64,000 nt of DNA from Bdellovibrionales bacterium. Lineage in GTDB: Bacteria > Bdellovibrionota > Bdellovibrionia > Bdellovibrionales > UBA1609. The DNA lies in NCBI GenBank assembly GCA_965205945.1, contig CBDBIB010000001.1, positions 448,001 to 512,000 on the forward strand, written 5' to 3'. Positions 39,123 through 50,036 of this stretch are shown here, in pieces. Positions within the stretch are counted from its first letter, which is position 1. Each line of letters begins with the position of its first letter. The notes beneath the pieces are model-generated. The model made no database searches and was not told where the DNA came from. It saw nothing but the letters and a program-made list of their open reading frames with translations. Both the position numbers and the translations under genes were made by a program.

Positions 39123-39485
39123 AACCCGAAATAAGAGCTTTAGGGAATATGCTTTTAAAAAACTTTGAGCATAGCCTATGTAGATGACCTTGAAATTTCT
39201 GAACCCAGAAAATTAGAATAATAGACATATGGTGATCACTTCTTATTCTAATAACGCAGGGGGGAAACCTTTCTTCTTCTTGCTGCATATAAGCTTACGC
39301 TGCTCTTTATAAAGCCCTAAAGCAAAGTCGCCAACAAGAACAAAAACTTCTATAATTTGATTCTCTTTAATCATTCCCAGCTCCTTTTGCAGATTAGTTA
39401 AAAACAAAAAATAAATCTTACAAAAGACTGAAGTGATCTTTTATTTATTCAGGACTTAGGTCCTTAATAAATCCGAATTCGGTTT
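39123..39485 (-). mobile_element. Internally deleted IS982-family copy
   Basis: About 39131-39485 aligns with about 2318-2675 including the IR; begins with aacccgaa, resembling the opposite IR. Confidence 0.85.
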
Positions 39486-40092
39486 AGCTATTGTGATTTA
39501 GAAACTAAGCGAGAACGAAGAAAAAACAAAATCACAAAAAATAAAAGACTTAAGAATCTTTTGCAACGGACTATATACAAGTAACAGATAAAGTTTAAGG
39601 CTTTAAGCTAAAACTTTATGAAAAATACGTAACATGAATATTTAATATAAAAAATCTATAACCGACCTAAGCACCTTGTTTAAACCAAAACCAATGCTAA
39701 ATAGAAGAAAAAACTCTTTATGTTTATAAACAAAAAAAGACATTTCATAAAAATTTTCTAATGCAATAAAATAAGTTTTATTCTTTTAAATAAAATGTTT
39801 TAAAGAGACTCCATTTTCTTAGAAAAAAGATTTTTAAAAACCCTGTGTCTTTTATAAGAAGATCCAACTTAAAACCCTTATTAAGTGATGTAAATATTTT
39901 TAAAAATATGAAGAAAAATTTTATGAAACTGTTGTATAAGTAAAATTATTTTTTAAATACGAATAAAATTAAAATTCAATCAATACGACTCTTTACCTAT
40001 AGCAGAGCAAAATTTACTTCCCAAAAAAAGAATAACTAAAGGATATGCTGAAAAATAAATTTTAAATATTTTTTTACTTGATTAATAATAAT

Positions 40093-41136
40093 CTATTTTA
40101 CCATATTCATTATCACCTTAAATTCTGGACTCTTAAAAGTTTGCAACTCTAAATCCTCTCCTTTAAAAATAAAATAGGCTGCAAGCTTGTTATTAAGAGC
40201 ATATTCTTTTGCTTTTTTAAACCCTAAAGACATTAAAGCTGTAGCTAACGCATCAGCTTTCATACACTCTTTATTTAATACACTAACAGAGATAAGGCTG
40301 TTTTCAACCGGCTCACCTGTTTTAACATTTAGAATATGAGAGTAGCTCTTCTTACCAGAAAGAAAAAAATTTCGATAGTTTCCCGAGGTAGCAATACTCA
40401 TATTTTCTAAAGGAAAACTCATTTCAAGAATTCTTAAATCAGAGTTTGGTTTTTCTATGGCCACTTTCCAAATTCTTTTATTTTTTTTACCTGATGCTTT
40501 AAGTTCTCCACCAATTTCAACTAAATAGTTTTTATATCCTTCTTTAATTAGTAACTCTGATAAAATATCTACTCCAAAACCTTTAGCTAAAGATGAAAGA
40601 TCAACATAAACTTCATCTAAATCTTTTTTTACAAAATATTCTCCTCGATTTTTTATTAAACTAAGCCTTTGATATCCAACAACTGCTAATGCTTTTTGAA
40701 TTTCTTTTTTTTGAGGAATTTTTTTATACCCGCCAGGGCCAAAACCCCAAAGATTAACTAATGGCCCTAGTGTAGGATCATATGATCCATCTGTATTCTT
40801 CGCTAAATCCAAAGAGTAAGTTAATACTTTTTTAAACCATGGACTGATTTTAACATGTTCATTTTTTAAAGAATCATTAACTTTAGAAATTTCAGAAGTT
40901 AGAATATAAGTAGACATTTGTTTATTTATTTTTTTTAACGATTTTTCAATTTTAATTTTTAAGGCCGGAGTGTTCACCCTAGTAGACGCAATTTTTATTG
41001 TATAAGTAGTTCCCATTGTTTGACCACTTATTAAAAAAACTTTTCTCCTATAAAGGCACGAAGAAAAACTTACTAAAAAACTAATAAAGAGGACTAAAAA
41101 AAATACTCTTTTTACTTTCTTATCCACCAAAATCAT
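40093..41136 (-). CDS. apbE: FAD:protein FMN transferase
   Basis: [44 protein letters not shown]. Confidence 0.93.
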   Translation of the reverse strand: MILVDKKVKRVFFLVLFISFLVSFSSCLYRRKVFLISGQTMGTTYTIKIASTRVNTPALKIKIEKSLKKINKQMSTYILTSEISKVNDSLKNEHVKISPWFKKVLTYSLDLAKNTDGSYDPTLGPLVNLWGFGPGGYKKIPQKKEIQKALAVVGYQRLSLIKNRGEYFVKKDLDEVYVDLSSLAKGFGVDILSELLIKEGYKNYLVEIGGELKASGKKNKRIWKVAIEKPNSDLRILEMSFPLENMSIATSGNYRNFFLSGKKSYSHILNVKTGEPVENSLISVSVLNKECMKADALATALMSLGFKKAKEYALNNKLAAYFIFKGEDLELQTFKSPEFKVIMNMVK

Positions 41137-42343
41137 CTAGCATAATATCTTCAGCTTCAACACCGAGATTTAATAACATCTTTGTAACACATTTATTCAT
41201 CATAGGAGGTCCACATAAGTAGTATTCACAATCTTCTGGATTCGAGTGATCTTTTAAATACTCTTTAAACAATACGTTATGAATAAATCCTTTATAACCA
41301 TCCCAGTTATCCTCAGGAAGAGCATTTGATAAAGCACAATACCATTTAAAATTAGGGTTTTCTTTTTGAATATCGTTAAAATCTTGAATATAAAACATTT
41401 CTCTTTTTGAGCGAGCACCGTACCAAAAACTCACCTTTCTACGAGTGTGAATTCTTCTAAATTGATCAAAAATATGAGACCGCATTGGAGCCATACCTGC
41501 ACCTCCACCAACAAAGATCATTTCTTTTTTAGTATCTCTTGCAAAAAATTCACCAAAAGGCCCTGAGATTACACACTCATCTCCTGGCTTTAAATCAAAA
41601 ATATATGAAGACATTAAACCTGTAGGAAGATCATCTCTATCTGGAGGGGGAAATGCAATACGCACGTTAAGCATAATAATCCCTTTTTCTTCAGGATAAT
41701 TTGCCATAGAATAAGCTCTCACTGTTTCTTTAGAACAAAAAGATTTTAATTTCCAAAAATTAAATTTATCCCAATCCTCTCTGTACTCTTCTTCAATATT
41801 AAAATTCTTATAGTCAATGTCTAAACCTGCCGGACGTTCAATCTGAATAAAACCACCAGCTTTAAAGGGCACGGATTCTCCTTGAGGAAGTTCTAATACA
41901 AGTTCTTTAATAAATGTTGCAACATTATGATTAGATCTAACCTTACAAGTCCATTTTTTTACACCAAAAACTTCTTCTTCAACATAAATTTTCATATCTT
42001 GTTTAACTGTTACCTGGCAAGCAAGCCTACAGCCTTTCTTTGCTTCACGTTTTGTTATATGAGAAACTTCTGTTTGAAGAATTTCACCACCACCTTCATG
42101 AATATCTACTTTACACTGAGCACAAGTACCACCACCACCACATGCTGAAGAAACAAAAAGCTTATTATCAGCTAAAATATTTAAAAGTTTTCCACCTGCA
42201 AGAACAACAATATTTTTTTTACCGTTTACATTAATTGTAATATTTCCAGAAGAAACCAACCTTGATTTAGCAAACAAAATCACAATGACTAATAACAAAA
42301 CCACCGTGGTAAACATTGTAACACCTAATATTATTAAAAACAT
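41120..42343 (-). CDS. nqrF: Na+-NQR subunit F
   Basis: [35 protein letters not shown]. Confidence 0.97.
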   Translation of the reverse strand: MFLIILGVTMFTTVVLLLVIVILFAKSRLVSSGNITINVNGKKNIVVLAGGKLLNILADNKLFVSSACGGGGTCAQCKVDIHEGGGEILQTEVSHITKREAKKGCRLACQVTVKQDMKIYVEEEVFGVKKWTCKVRSNHNVATFIKELVLELPQGESVPFKAGGFIQIERPAGLDIDYKNFNIEEEYREDWDKFNFWKLKSFCSKETVRAYSMANYPEEKGIIMLNVRIAFPPPDRDDLPTGLMSSYIFDLKPGDECVISGPFGEFFARDTKKEMIFVGGGAGMAPMRSHIFDQFRRIHTRRKVSFWYGARSKREMFYIQDFNDIQKENPNFKWYCALSNALPEDNWDGYKGFIHNVLFKEYLKDHSNPEDCEYYLCGPPMMNKCVTKMLLNLGVEAEDIMLDDFGG

Positions 42344-42361
42344 ACTCTACCTTCTTTGATC

Positions 42362-42973
42362 TTATAGCTGAATACCTGAGAAAGCTAAAAACCCTAATGA
42401 CATTAAACCCACTGTAATAAAAATAATTCCAAGTCCTCTTAACCCTTTTGGAATGTCTGCATACTTTAATTTTTCATTAATACCGGCAAGAGCTGCAATT
42501 GCCAAAGCCCAACCAAACCCTGAACCTAAACCAAAAACAACAGATTCTACAAAAGTGTAATCTCTTTCAACCATAAATAAAGATCCACCTAAGATTGCGC
42601 AATTCACTGTTATAAGAGGCAAAAAGATTCCTAAAGCATTATACAGTGCAGGAACATACTTATCTAAAACCATTTCTAAAATCTGTACACTTGCTGCAAT
42701 TACTCCAATATAGCAAATTAAACCTAAAAAACTTAGATCCACACCCTTAATGCCCATCCATAAAAGAGCATCCTCTTTTAATAAATAATTAAATAAAAGA
42801 TTGTTTATAGGAATTGTAATTACTTGAACAACAATAACAGCTACACCCAGACCGATTGCTGTTTTTACTTTTTTAGAAACTGCTAAAAAAGTACACATTC
42901 CTAAAAAAAACGCCAATGCTAAATTTTCAATAAAAACAGCTTTAATAAATAAACTTAAGTAGTGTTCTAACAT
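42362..42973 (-). CDS. nqrE: Na+-NQR subunit E
   Basis: [24 protein letters not shown]. Confidence 0.97.
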   Translation of the reverse strand: MLEHYLSLFIKAVFIENLALAFFLGMCTFLAVSKKVKTAIGLGVAVIVVQVITIPINNLLFNYLLKEDALLWMGIKGVDLSFLGLICYIGVIAASVQILEMVLDKYVPALYNALGIFLPLITVNCAILGGSLFMVERDYTFVESVVFGLGSGFGWALAIAALAGINEKLKYADIPKGLRGLGIIFITVGLMSLGFLAFSGIQL

Positions 42974-42982
42974 AACTGCCTC

Positions 42983-43600
42983 TTACGCCTCTACCTGGTC
43001 GGTTTTCCACTGCCTAAGGACCCAGATAAATAAACCTATTAAAAAAAATGCACTTGGTGCAAGTAAAGCTACGCCATTTGGTTCATACCAACCACCTTCA
43101 CTTATAGGTTTTAATACTGTAAGGCCCATAATCTTTCCTGTACCAAAGATCTCTCTAAAAAAGGCTACAAAGATTAATACAATGCTGTAGCCCAAACCAT
43201 TTCCAATACCATCAAAAAAAGAAATAATAGGAGGATTTTTCATAGCAAAACCTTCAGCTCTCCCCATTACAATACAGTTTGTAATAATCAAACCGATAAA
43301 CACTGCCATTTCTTTTGCTACATCATAGACAAAAGCTTTTAGAATCTGATCTGTCACAATAACTAGTGAGGCAATCACTGTCATTTGAACAATAATTCTA
43401 ATACTTAAAGGAATATAGTTTCTAATCAAACTTACAAAAAAATTTGAAAACCCTGTAACTAATATTACAGCTACACACATAACAAGTGCTTTCTCCATTT
43501 TAGTTGTCACAGCAAGAGCTGAGCATATTCCTAAAATTTGTAACGCAATTGGGTTGTTGTTAAATAATGGATCAAATAAAGATTTCTTAATTTTATTCAT
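42983..43600 (-). CDS. nqrD: Na+-NQR subunit D
   Basis: [32 protein letters not shown]. Confidence 0.97.
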   Translation of the reverse strand: MNKIKKSLFDPLFNNNPIALQILGICSALAVTTKMEKALVMCVAVILVTGFSNFFVSLIRNYIPLSIRIIVQMTVIASLVIVTDQILKAFVYDVAKEMAVFIGLIITNCIVMGRAEGFAMKNPPIISFFDGIGNGLGYSIVLIFVAFFREIFGTGKIMGLTVLKPISEGGWYEPNGVALLAPSAFFLIGLFIWVLRQWKTDQVEA

Positions 43601-44405
43601 TACTACTCCCCCCCGCTGCTGATTTTAACATAGCTCGTCTTTGTAACTCTAAGTATGGACCAAAGCCCTCTTTGCCAAACCAATACTTTAAAAGACCTGT
43701 AACACCATTACTTGTAATAGTGGCTCCTGAAAGACCATCAATTTTATAAGCAAATTTTGGATCTGCACTGTCCACTAAACCTTTAACTACTTTTAAGCTT
43801 ACATTAAAATTTTCATCATAAAGTCTTTTTCCTACCCACTTTGCCTTCCAATTTGGATTATCAATTTCAGCACCTAGGCCTGGAGTTTCTCCATGACTAT
43901 AAAACCCAATGCCCTTAACAGTATCAAAATCCACATCTAAAGCTAAAAACCCATACATTGTAGACCATAAACCTTTTCCATGAACGGGAAGAATAAGCAT
44001 TTTTATAACATCATCGGCCATATATTTATAAACAAATGCATATTTAGAAGCCCTCTTAATCCGAGCAGTGTCTTTATTTGAATCAATAAGTTTACCCATA
44101 TCATGAGTCTTACTTGCTTTTTTTTGATCAAAAGTCTTTGGGTCTATATCCACGGCTTTTTCACCCGTTTTAAGATTTATAACTTCAGCTGTAATTGAGG
44201 AGTAAGCAGCTTTAATCTCATCTTTTAAAGCTTTTGAATTTTTTAAAAGCCCTGAGGCTAACAAAAGATTTTTCTTAATATCCAGCGCTTTATTAATATC
44301 TTGCCTATCCTTAAGTAAAGCAACAGATATGGATACAAGTAACGAGCATACAACACATAAAACTACTGCAACAACTAACGTTTTTAAAACACTATCCTTT
44401 TGCAT
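43593..44405 (-). CDS. nqrC: Na+-NQR subunit C
   Basis: [24 protein letters not shown] site. Confidence 0.96.
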   Translation of the reverse strand: MQKDSVLKTLVVAVVLCVVCSLLVSISVALLKDRQDINKALDIKKNLLLASGLLKNSKALKDEIKAAYSSITAEVINLKTGEKAVDIDPKTFDQKKASKTHDMGKLIDSNKDTARIKRASKYAFVYKYMADDVIKMLILPVHGKGLWSTMYGFLALDVDFDTVKGIGFYSHGETPGLGAEIDNPNWKAKWVGKRLYDENFNVSLKVVKGLVDSADPKFAYKIDGLSGATITSNGVTGLLKYWFGKEGFGPYLELQRRAMLKSAAGGSSNE

Positions 44406-45600
44406 ACTTTAACTTTCGTCTTTTAATATTTGAATTCACAACAAAGTAATCAATCAATGGTGCAAATACGTTACCAAATAAAATTGCTAACATTACACCT
44501 TCTGGAAATGCAGGATTTATAACTCTTACTAAAATAACCATAAAGCCAATAAGAACACCATAAAAAAACTGACCTTTAAAAGTCATGGCAGAACTAACAG
44601 GGTCTGTGGCCATAAAAACTGTGCCAAATGCAAAACCGCCCACCACAAGATGCCACAAAGGAGACATAGCAAACATTAAATTAGTACTGCTTCCTATATA
44701 GTTAAATAGTGCTGCAAAAGCTACAGTCGACACCACCATTGAAAAGATTATTCTCCATGAACCAATTCCTGTAAAAATTAAAAGACCTGCACCTAACAAA
44801 CAAGCTAGGGTTGATGTTTCCCCCATTGATCCTGGAATTAAACCTATAAAAGCATCCATCCAAGAATAAGTTATTGAGGCCATCCCGTCTAAAGCTACTT
44901 GGCCTAAGATTGTAGCCCCTGTAAAACCATCTACTGGAGTCCACACCATATTTCCAGAAATTTGAGCCGGATATGCAAAGAATAAAAAAGCTCTTCCAGT
45001 TAACGCTGGGTTTAAGAAGTTCTTCCCTGTTCCACCAAAAATTTCCTTAGCAATGACAACACCAAAGGTGATACCTACAGCAACCTGCCACAAAGGAATT
45101 GAGGCAGGTAAAGTTAAAGGAAAAAGCAAACCTGTTACTAAAAACCCCTCATTAATCTCATGCCCTCTAATAGAGGCAAAGACGCCTTCCCATAAACCAC
45201 CCACTAAATTGGTCACTAAAAATATGGGTATAAAAAATAAAGCCCCTAAAGCAAAGCAAGATAAAAAATTTGATGAATCTAGAACAAAACCCAGAGCATG
45301 AAAGATTTCGCCCCTCACTCCTGCAACTTGATTAAGCCCCATTGATGTTACAGCTAATTGAGCCTGATAACCTGTATTATACATCGCCATGATAATACAA
45401 GGCATAAGAGCTATTGCTACAGTTACCATTGTTCTTTTAAGATCCATGCCATCTCTTACATGAACTCTTCCTGTGGTAGTTTCACCTGGAGTATACAAAA
45501 ACGTATCAATAGCCTCATATAAAGGATAAAAAATCTTTAACTTTCCATCACCTACAAAGTGTTTATGTTGAGAGTCTAAAAAATTACGTAATACTTTCAT
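44392..45600 (-). CDS. nqrB: Na+-NQR subunit B
   Basis: [38 protein letters not shown]. Confidence 0.96.
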   Translation of the reverse strand: MKVLRNFLDSQHKHFVGDGKLKIFYPLYEAIDTFLYTPGETTTGRVHVRDGMDLKRTMVTVAIALMPCIIMAMYNTGYQAQLAVTSMGLNQVAGVRGEIFHALGFVLDSSNFLSCFALGALFFIPIFLVTNLVGGLWEGVFASIRGHEINEGFLVTGLLFPLTLPASIPLWQVAVGITFGVVIAKEIFGGTGKNFLNPALTGRAFLFFAYPAQISGNMVWTPVDGFTGATILGQVALDGMASITYSWMDAFIGLIPGSMGETSTLACLLGAGLLIFTGIGSWRIIFSMVVSTVAFAALFNYIGSSTNLMFAMSPLWHLVVGGFAFGTVFMATDPVSSAMTFKGQFFYGVLIGFMVILVRVINPAFPEGVMLAILFGNVFAPLIDYFVVNSNIKRRKLKYAKG

Positions 45601-45606
45601 TTTTAA

Positions 45607-46950
45607 TTATCCCTCTACCTCTATTATATTTAAATTCTTTCTAAGCATAAGTCCAAAATCTACTTTCCCAGGAGATGCAAATGTAAGAAGAGCCATGTCT
45701 TCTTCTGTAAGTTCTAAGCAGCCTAAATCCTGTGCTTGATTCGTATCATTTGATGCTAAGGCTCTTAAAAGCTGAGTTGGTAAAATATCAAGTGGCATAA
45801 CTTTTTCAAATGCGCCCGTTGGAACCATAGCTCTAACGGAGCCATGAGTAGACGAGCCTAGATTAAAAACTTTTCCTGGAATAAATTTTGATAAAAATGT
45901 ATTTCTAATTGAAAACTTATTAAAACCTGGTGAATGCCAACCTAAAAATTCTCTTTTATCGTCTTCTTTAATTAAGGTAATTTGATTAGAATAAGCCCCT
46001 AAGTAATCAAAAGCACCTTCTGCTTTGTGACCATTAAACACCGAACCTGAAATTGCTCTTAAAGCTCTACCCTCTTTAGCTTCTCCACTTATAAGTTCTG
46101 ATATTTGAGCCCCTTTTCTAACTTTTAAATACCTTGGATTAGAAGCCAAAGGACCACCGATTGTAATCATCTTATCAGTTAAAAGACTACCTGTAAGAAT
46201 AAGTCTACCTACAGCTATGACATCTTGATAACCTATGTGCCAAACAAGTCTAGTTGGGTTTACAGGATTAATAAAATGAATATGAGTTCCTGGGTTTCCA
46301 GCTGGATGAGGCCCGGAAAACTCAGCAATATCTGTACCATACCCTTTAAGATTTGAACCAACAGATTTACAAAAATAAGTTTTATTTTTTGAAAGCTTAG
46401 ATAAAGCCTGAATACCAGCTTTAAATTCATCTTGGAATTGACCAACTACAAATTCTGGTTTTGGAGCTAATGGGTTTGTATCTATTACTGTAATAAAAAG
46501 TGATTCAGGCTTAGCTGCCACATCTGCTACTTTACCAAAGGGCCTTTGAATTAAACCTTTCCACTCACCGGATTCAATTAATAACTTTGTGATCTCTTCA
46601 CTTGTATAGTCTTTTACAGGTTTAGAAATATAAGTTTTAAAAGACACAGCTTCTTCTTGTTTTGAGAGTTGAATTTCTACTGATTGAAACAAGCGCCTAT
46701 CACCACGATTTATAGCCGTAACTTTACCTGCAGCTGGAGATGTAAAAACCAATCCAATATTTTTTTTACATGAAAAAAGAGGCTCGCCGATTCTAACATC
46801 ATCTCCTACCTGAACTTGCATAGTAGGCTTCATACCAATAAAATCAGAACCTATAATTGCAATTTTTTTAAATTCTTTACTTAAATCTAAGCTTTCTTGA
46901 GGTTCACCTGATATAGGCAGTTTTAAACCTTTTTTAATGCAAAATTTCAT
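45607..46950 (-). CDS. nqrA: Na+-NQR subunit A
   Basis: IKKGLKLPISG; GPHPAGN; MPLDILPTQL; LGCLEL.EED. Confidence 0.96.
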   Translation of the reverse strand: MKFCIKKGLKLPISGEPQESLDLSKEFKKIAIIGSDFIGMKPTMQVQVGDDVRIGEPLFSCKKNIGLVFTSPAAGKVTAINRGDRRLFQSVEIQLSKQEEAVSFKTYISKPVKDYTSEEITKLLIESGEWKGLIQRPFGKVADVAAKPESLFITVIDTNPLAPKPEFVVGQFQDEFKAGIQALSKLSKNKTYFCKSVGSNLKGYGTDIAEFSGPHPAGNPGTHIHFINPVNPTRLVWHIGYQDVIAVGRLILTGSLLTDKMITIGGPLASNPRYLKVRKGAQISELISGEAKEGRALRAISGSVFNGHKAEGAFDYLGAYSNQITLIKEDDKREFLGWHSPGFNKFSIRNTFLSKFIPGKVFNLGSSTHGSVRAMVPTGAFEKVMPLDILPTQLLRALASNDTNQAQDLGCLELTEEDMALLTFASPGKVDFGLMLRKNLNIIEVEG

Positions 46951-47327
46951 TAGCCTGCTTCCTAAGAGTTTTAACTAGTTATAAAAAAAATTAGTGGAAT
47001 CAAGGAATATAATCAATAAGAATTCATTTTAGAACCTTATATTGTATTTTTATTGTGCACTTTATTTGCTCACCGTAGTATCTGAGTTTTCTAATAATCC
47101 TAGTTTGAACTTTTTTAAAGGATTTAAGTTTTTAGGATAGGATTTTTTGTAAGAAAGTTTTATCTTAAGCACACAAGGCGTTAGAGTCTAAAAAAACTTT
47201 ATAGCGAATCTACTCTTGGGCACTTATAACATATTGTTTGCACCCCTTAAAACCTTTAATTCCTATTAAAACCTATAATAGCCGCTTGCTACAAGAATTT
47301 TAAAAAGTTTTAAATTCAAGTTAAAAC

Positions 47328-47361
47328 AAAAAATAAACCCTTTTTTAAACAAGAGGGTTTA
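47328..47361 (-). terminator. Putative intrinsic terminator downstream of the AAA+/CUB gene
   Basis: Minus strand UAAACCCUCUU-loop-AAAAGGGUUUA followed by a U run. Confidence 0.55.
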
Positions 47362-47407
47362 CTTTAAAATTAAACTTTAAAAATATATTTAAGTAAGACT
47401 GTTTTTA

Positions 47408-49654
47408 TTATTTTAAATAAGCCCTAAAAGGAACTTTATCTCTGGGCCCTATTCTTCTTAAAAACTTATTATCATCAGTTAAAAACCCATGCCCATTATT
47501 ATTTCTAATGTCTGCTTCAAACTCTAAAGAAACTTCATCAACATTAATTGTAAACATTAAATTGTCCCCTGGGTTTTTAGTAAAATTAATCTCAGCTTGA
47601 TGATTATTCAAATTACCATACTCTAATTGAAATTCTGCAATTCCACCAATAATAATGTTTTCCATAAGCCTTTCAATGGGACGAGAGCCATAAAGTGGAC
47701 TTTGTCCATTTATAGCTATAAATTCTAAACTCTGAGCATCCATTGTTAGTGTCCAGCCAAAACGTTTTTTTACTTTACCTGCTTTTTTTAAATAAAGGGT
47801 ATTAGACATTTGTCTGTATTGATCTAAAGTAAATGGCCTAGAAATCACCACATCATTAAATCTATTTAAAAAGCTAAGTCTAAAAGTCTGTTGCAGCGCT
47901 TCATTTGCAAGTCTTTCTAGCTCTGGATGATTAGGGTTTTCAAGGATCACTTCATGGCCTGCGTTTGTTGTCATAAATATAAATGCTCCACGGGCAGAAA
48001 GGGGTCTTTGAAATTTATCATAGAACAATCCATCATCCATTAAAAAAAACAACTGATCTAAAATTGAAGGATTTGCTTTATCTATTTCTTCAAAAAGATA
48101 AATTGCAAAAGGATAAAGGGTTAAACTTCTTGCCATGGTTTCTACAAACCGTTCAAAACTTGCATCTGTTTGATACCCTGTCATGTCAAACGTTACAATT
48201 CTCATGTCTAAAGCACTTGCTGTTGATTTTGCCAAATGTGATTTTCCAGTTCCTGTAGGGCCTGCAAGAAGTAAATTTGCAACTGGTTTTTTAGTAGTTC
48301 TTCCTACAACATAACCAATTTTTGCCTCTCTTACCACAGCCTGACGACCTTGATCAGCACCAATGACATCTTCACTCAAATATTGCTCTAAATTTTTAAT
48401 TCTCTTAAATTTTTTATCTACAATCCACTCTGGAACTTGAATGAATGAAAAGACAGCATCTCTAACATTTTCAAAGCTCACCCTGTAAGGCTCAACTCTC
48501 TCTCCCTTAACCTGAGTGATTACAAACCCCTCAAACTGAGTCAAACTGTTACTGTTAAAAACCAACCTTAAGCTATTTGTTTTAAACATTTCAGATTCAA
48601 AGGCACCAAGCTCACCGGAATATCTTGCAAGTTCAACACCACTAACAGCATCATAGACTCTTAAAGTATCCAATACTCTTTCCGTATGAAAAGAATCAAA
48701 AACTATAGCTAGGCTGACCACTTCAGGCCTATTTATTATAAACTCTAAATTTGAATTTGGTTCATACTCATGAGGAGTCTCTACAGCTGACTCAAGAACA
48801 ATATCTGTACGAGTGGTTACGGTCTTAACTTTTCTAAGAAGAGATTTTAAAACATTCATTGTTCTTTCTGGTTCATTAATATTGGGCTGATAATGTTGTA
48901 AAGTATTAATTAAATATTTTCTATTGCTCTTTGACAATAAAACGTTAGGGTAAAGAACCTTTAAATAGGTTTTAACCATTTTTCTAACGTCATCTTCTAT
49001 AAGAGCCTCTAAGTTAATTTTTTCAGCAAAAGAGTTTACAACATAAGAATGCTCACTATTTCGAATACGCTCATATTCATACTTATTAACAAAGGCTACA
49101 GTCTTCATTCTACCTGCTAGTATATTGGCTGAATACTCTGTCTCTATTCCCGATGCATCGTTTGAATGAGAACCTATTCCAATTAAAGACCATAAACTTC
49201 TAAAATACAAAATAGCATCTTTCCCATCAACTGGGTTTAAAATACTCTCTAACCAATACTCATCAACTTCACCAACATACTTATGCCCAGCTTCAATCTT
49301 ATTAATATCCACTTCAATATGCCAATCTTTAACGCAACCTTTAGGCTTTTGCATTTGTGCAAGTCTTGCAAAAACATACCTATAAGCATCACTAGCTTCA
49401 CCTACTAATAAGACCGATCTATTCTGATCATCACTACAAAAAACATCAATCATTCTACTTACAACATCATCATAGATATTTAACTCCCCCATAACTTTAA
49501 TATAATTAGTCCAGGACTTATGTACTGGATACTGATTCGATCCAGGCCCAACTATATAACCAGACTTTAAAAGTTTTTTTAAATCTGGCTCTTCTTGCGC
49601 CACGGCAGAAAATACAAATATAGAACAAAGCAATACTTCCACTATTAATTTCAT
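47408..49654 (-). CDS. Exported ClpA/ClpB-like AAA+ protein with an inserted CUB domain
   Basis: Signal peptide ending SAVA; degenerate D1 retaining AGHKYVGE; CUB-like aa ~290-383; D2 GPTGTGKS, FEEIDKA, MTTN, FLNRF, YGSRPIER; SD AAGGGGG. Confidence 0.85.
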   Translation of the reverse strand: MKLIVEVLLCSIFVFSAVAQEEPDLKKLLKSGYIVGPGSNQYPVHKSWTNYIKVMGELNIYDDVVSRMIDVFCSDDQNRSVLLVGEASDAYRYVFARLAQMQKPKGCVKDWHIEVDINKIEAGHKYVGEVDEYWLESILNPVDGKDAILYFRSLWSLIGIGSHSNDASGIETEYSANILAGRMKTVAFVNKYEYERIRNSEHSYVVNSFAEKINLEALIEDDVRKMVKTYLKVLYPNVLLSKSNRKYLINTLQHYQPNINEPERTMNVLKSLLRKVKTVTTRTDIVLESAVETPHEYEPNSNLEFIINRPEVVSLAIVFDSFHTERVLDTLRVYDAVSGVELARYSGELGAFESEMFKTNSLRLVFNSNSLTQFEGFVITQVKGERVEPYRVSFENVRDAVFSFIQVPEWIVDKKFKRIKNLEQYLSEDVIGADQGRQAVVREAKIGYVVGRTTKKPVANLLLAGPTGTGKSHLAKSTASALDMRIVTFDMTGYQTDASFERFVETMARSLTLYPFAIYLFEEIDKANPSILDQLFFLMDDGLFYDKFQRPLSARGAFIFMTTNAGHEVILENPNHPELERLANEALQQTFRLSFLNRFNDVVISRPFTLDQYRQMSNTLYLKKAGKVKKRFGWTLTMDAQSLEFIAINGQSPLYGSRPIERLMENIIIGGIAEFQLEYGNLNNHQAEINFTKNPGDNLMFTINVDEVSLEFEADIRNNNGHGFLTDDNKFLRRIGPRDKVPFRAYLK

Positions 49655-50036
49655 CTACGCCCCCTTTTATTTATGAAATAGTTTATACTAAATGCTATCC
49701 CAAACTAATAGCCAAGTAAAGCCTGCAAACCATCATTATTTTAATTAGCTCTAAAAAGGTTAACTTAATTAGCTATCAACGGTATTCTTATATTATAAAG
49801 CTTTTTCTACGCAGTTTTAATAACCATTTTTTATAAAGAGCTATATTTTAAAGAAATCTATAACTTAACAATACATTATCTCTTCATCTAAAGGTTTCAT
49901 TATTTCTACATGTTTATTGATAAGTTTAATGAAATTTTCTCTAAGTACCCTTAGCAGTTTTTAACTTCTAACTTTGGATTTTAAAAATCTTAAGACTATA
50001 GTTTAAACAAAATAATTTACAGACTCTAAAAACAGT

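Noticed and set aside
47408..49654. Calling this gene clpA, clpB or clpV
   Set aside because: No Clp N-domain, dead D1, no M-domain, no GYVG or IGF loop, and no T6SS genes nearby
49698..49716. Sigma54-like TTGGC-N-TTGG upstream of the AAA+/CUB gene
   Set aside because: The -12 element is GG rather than the invariant GC
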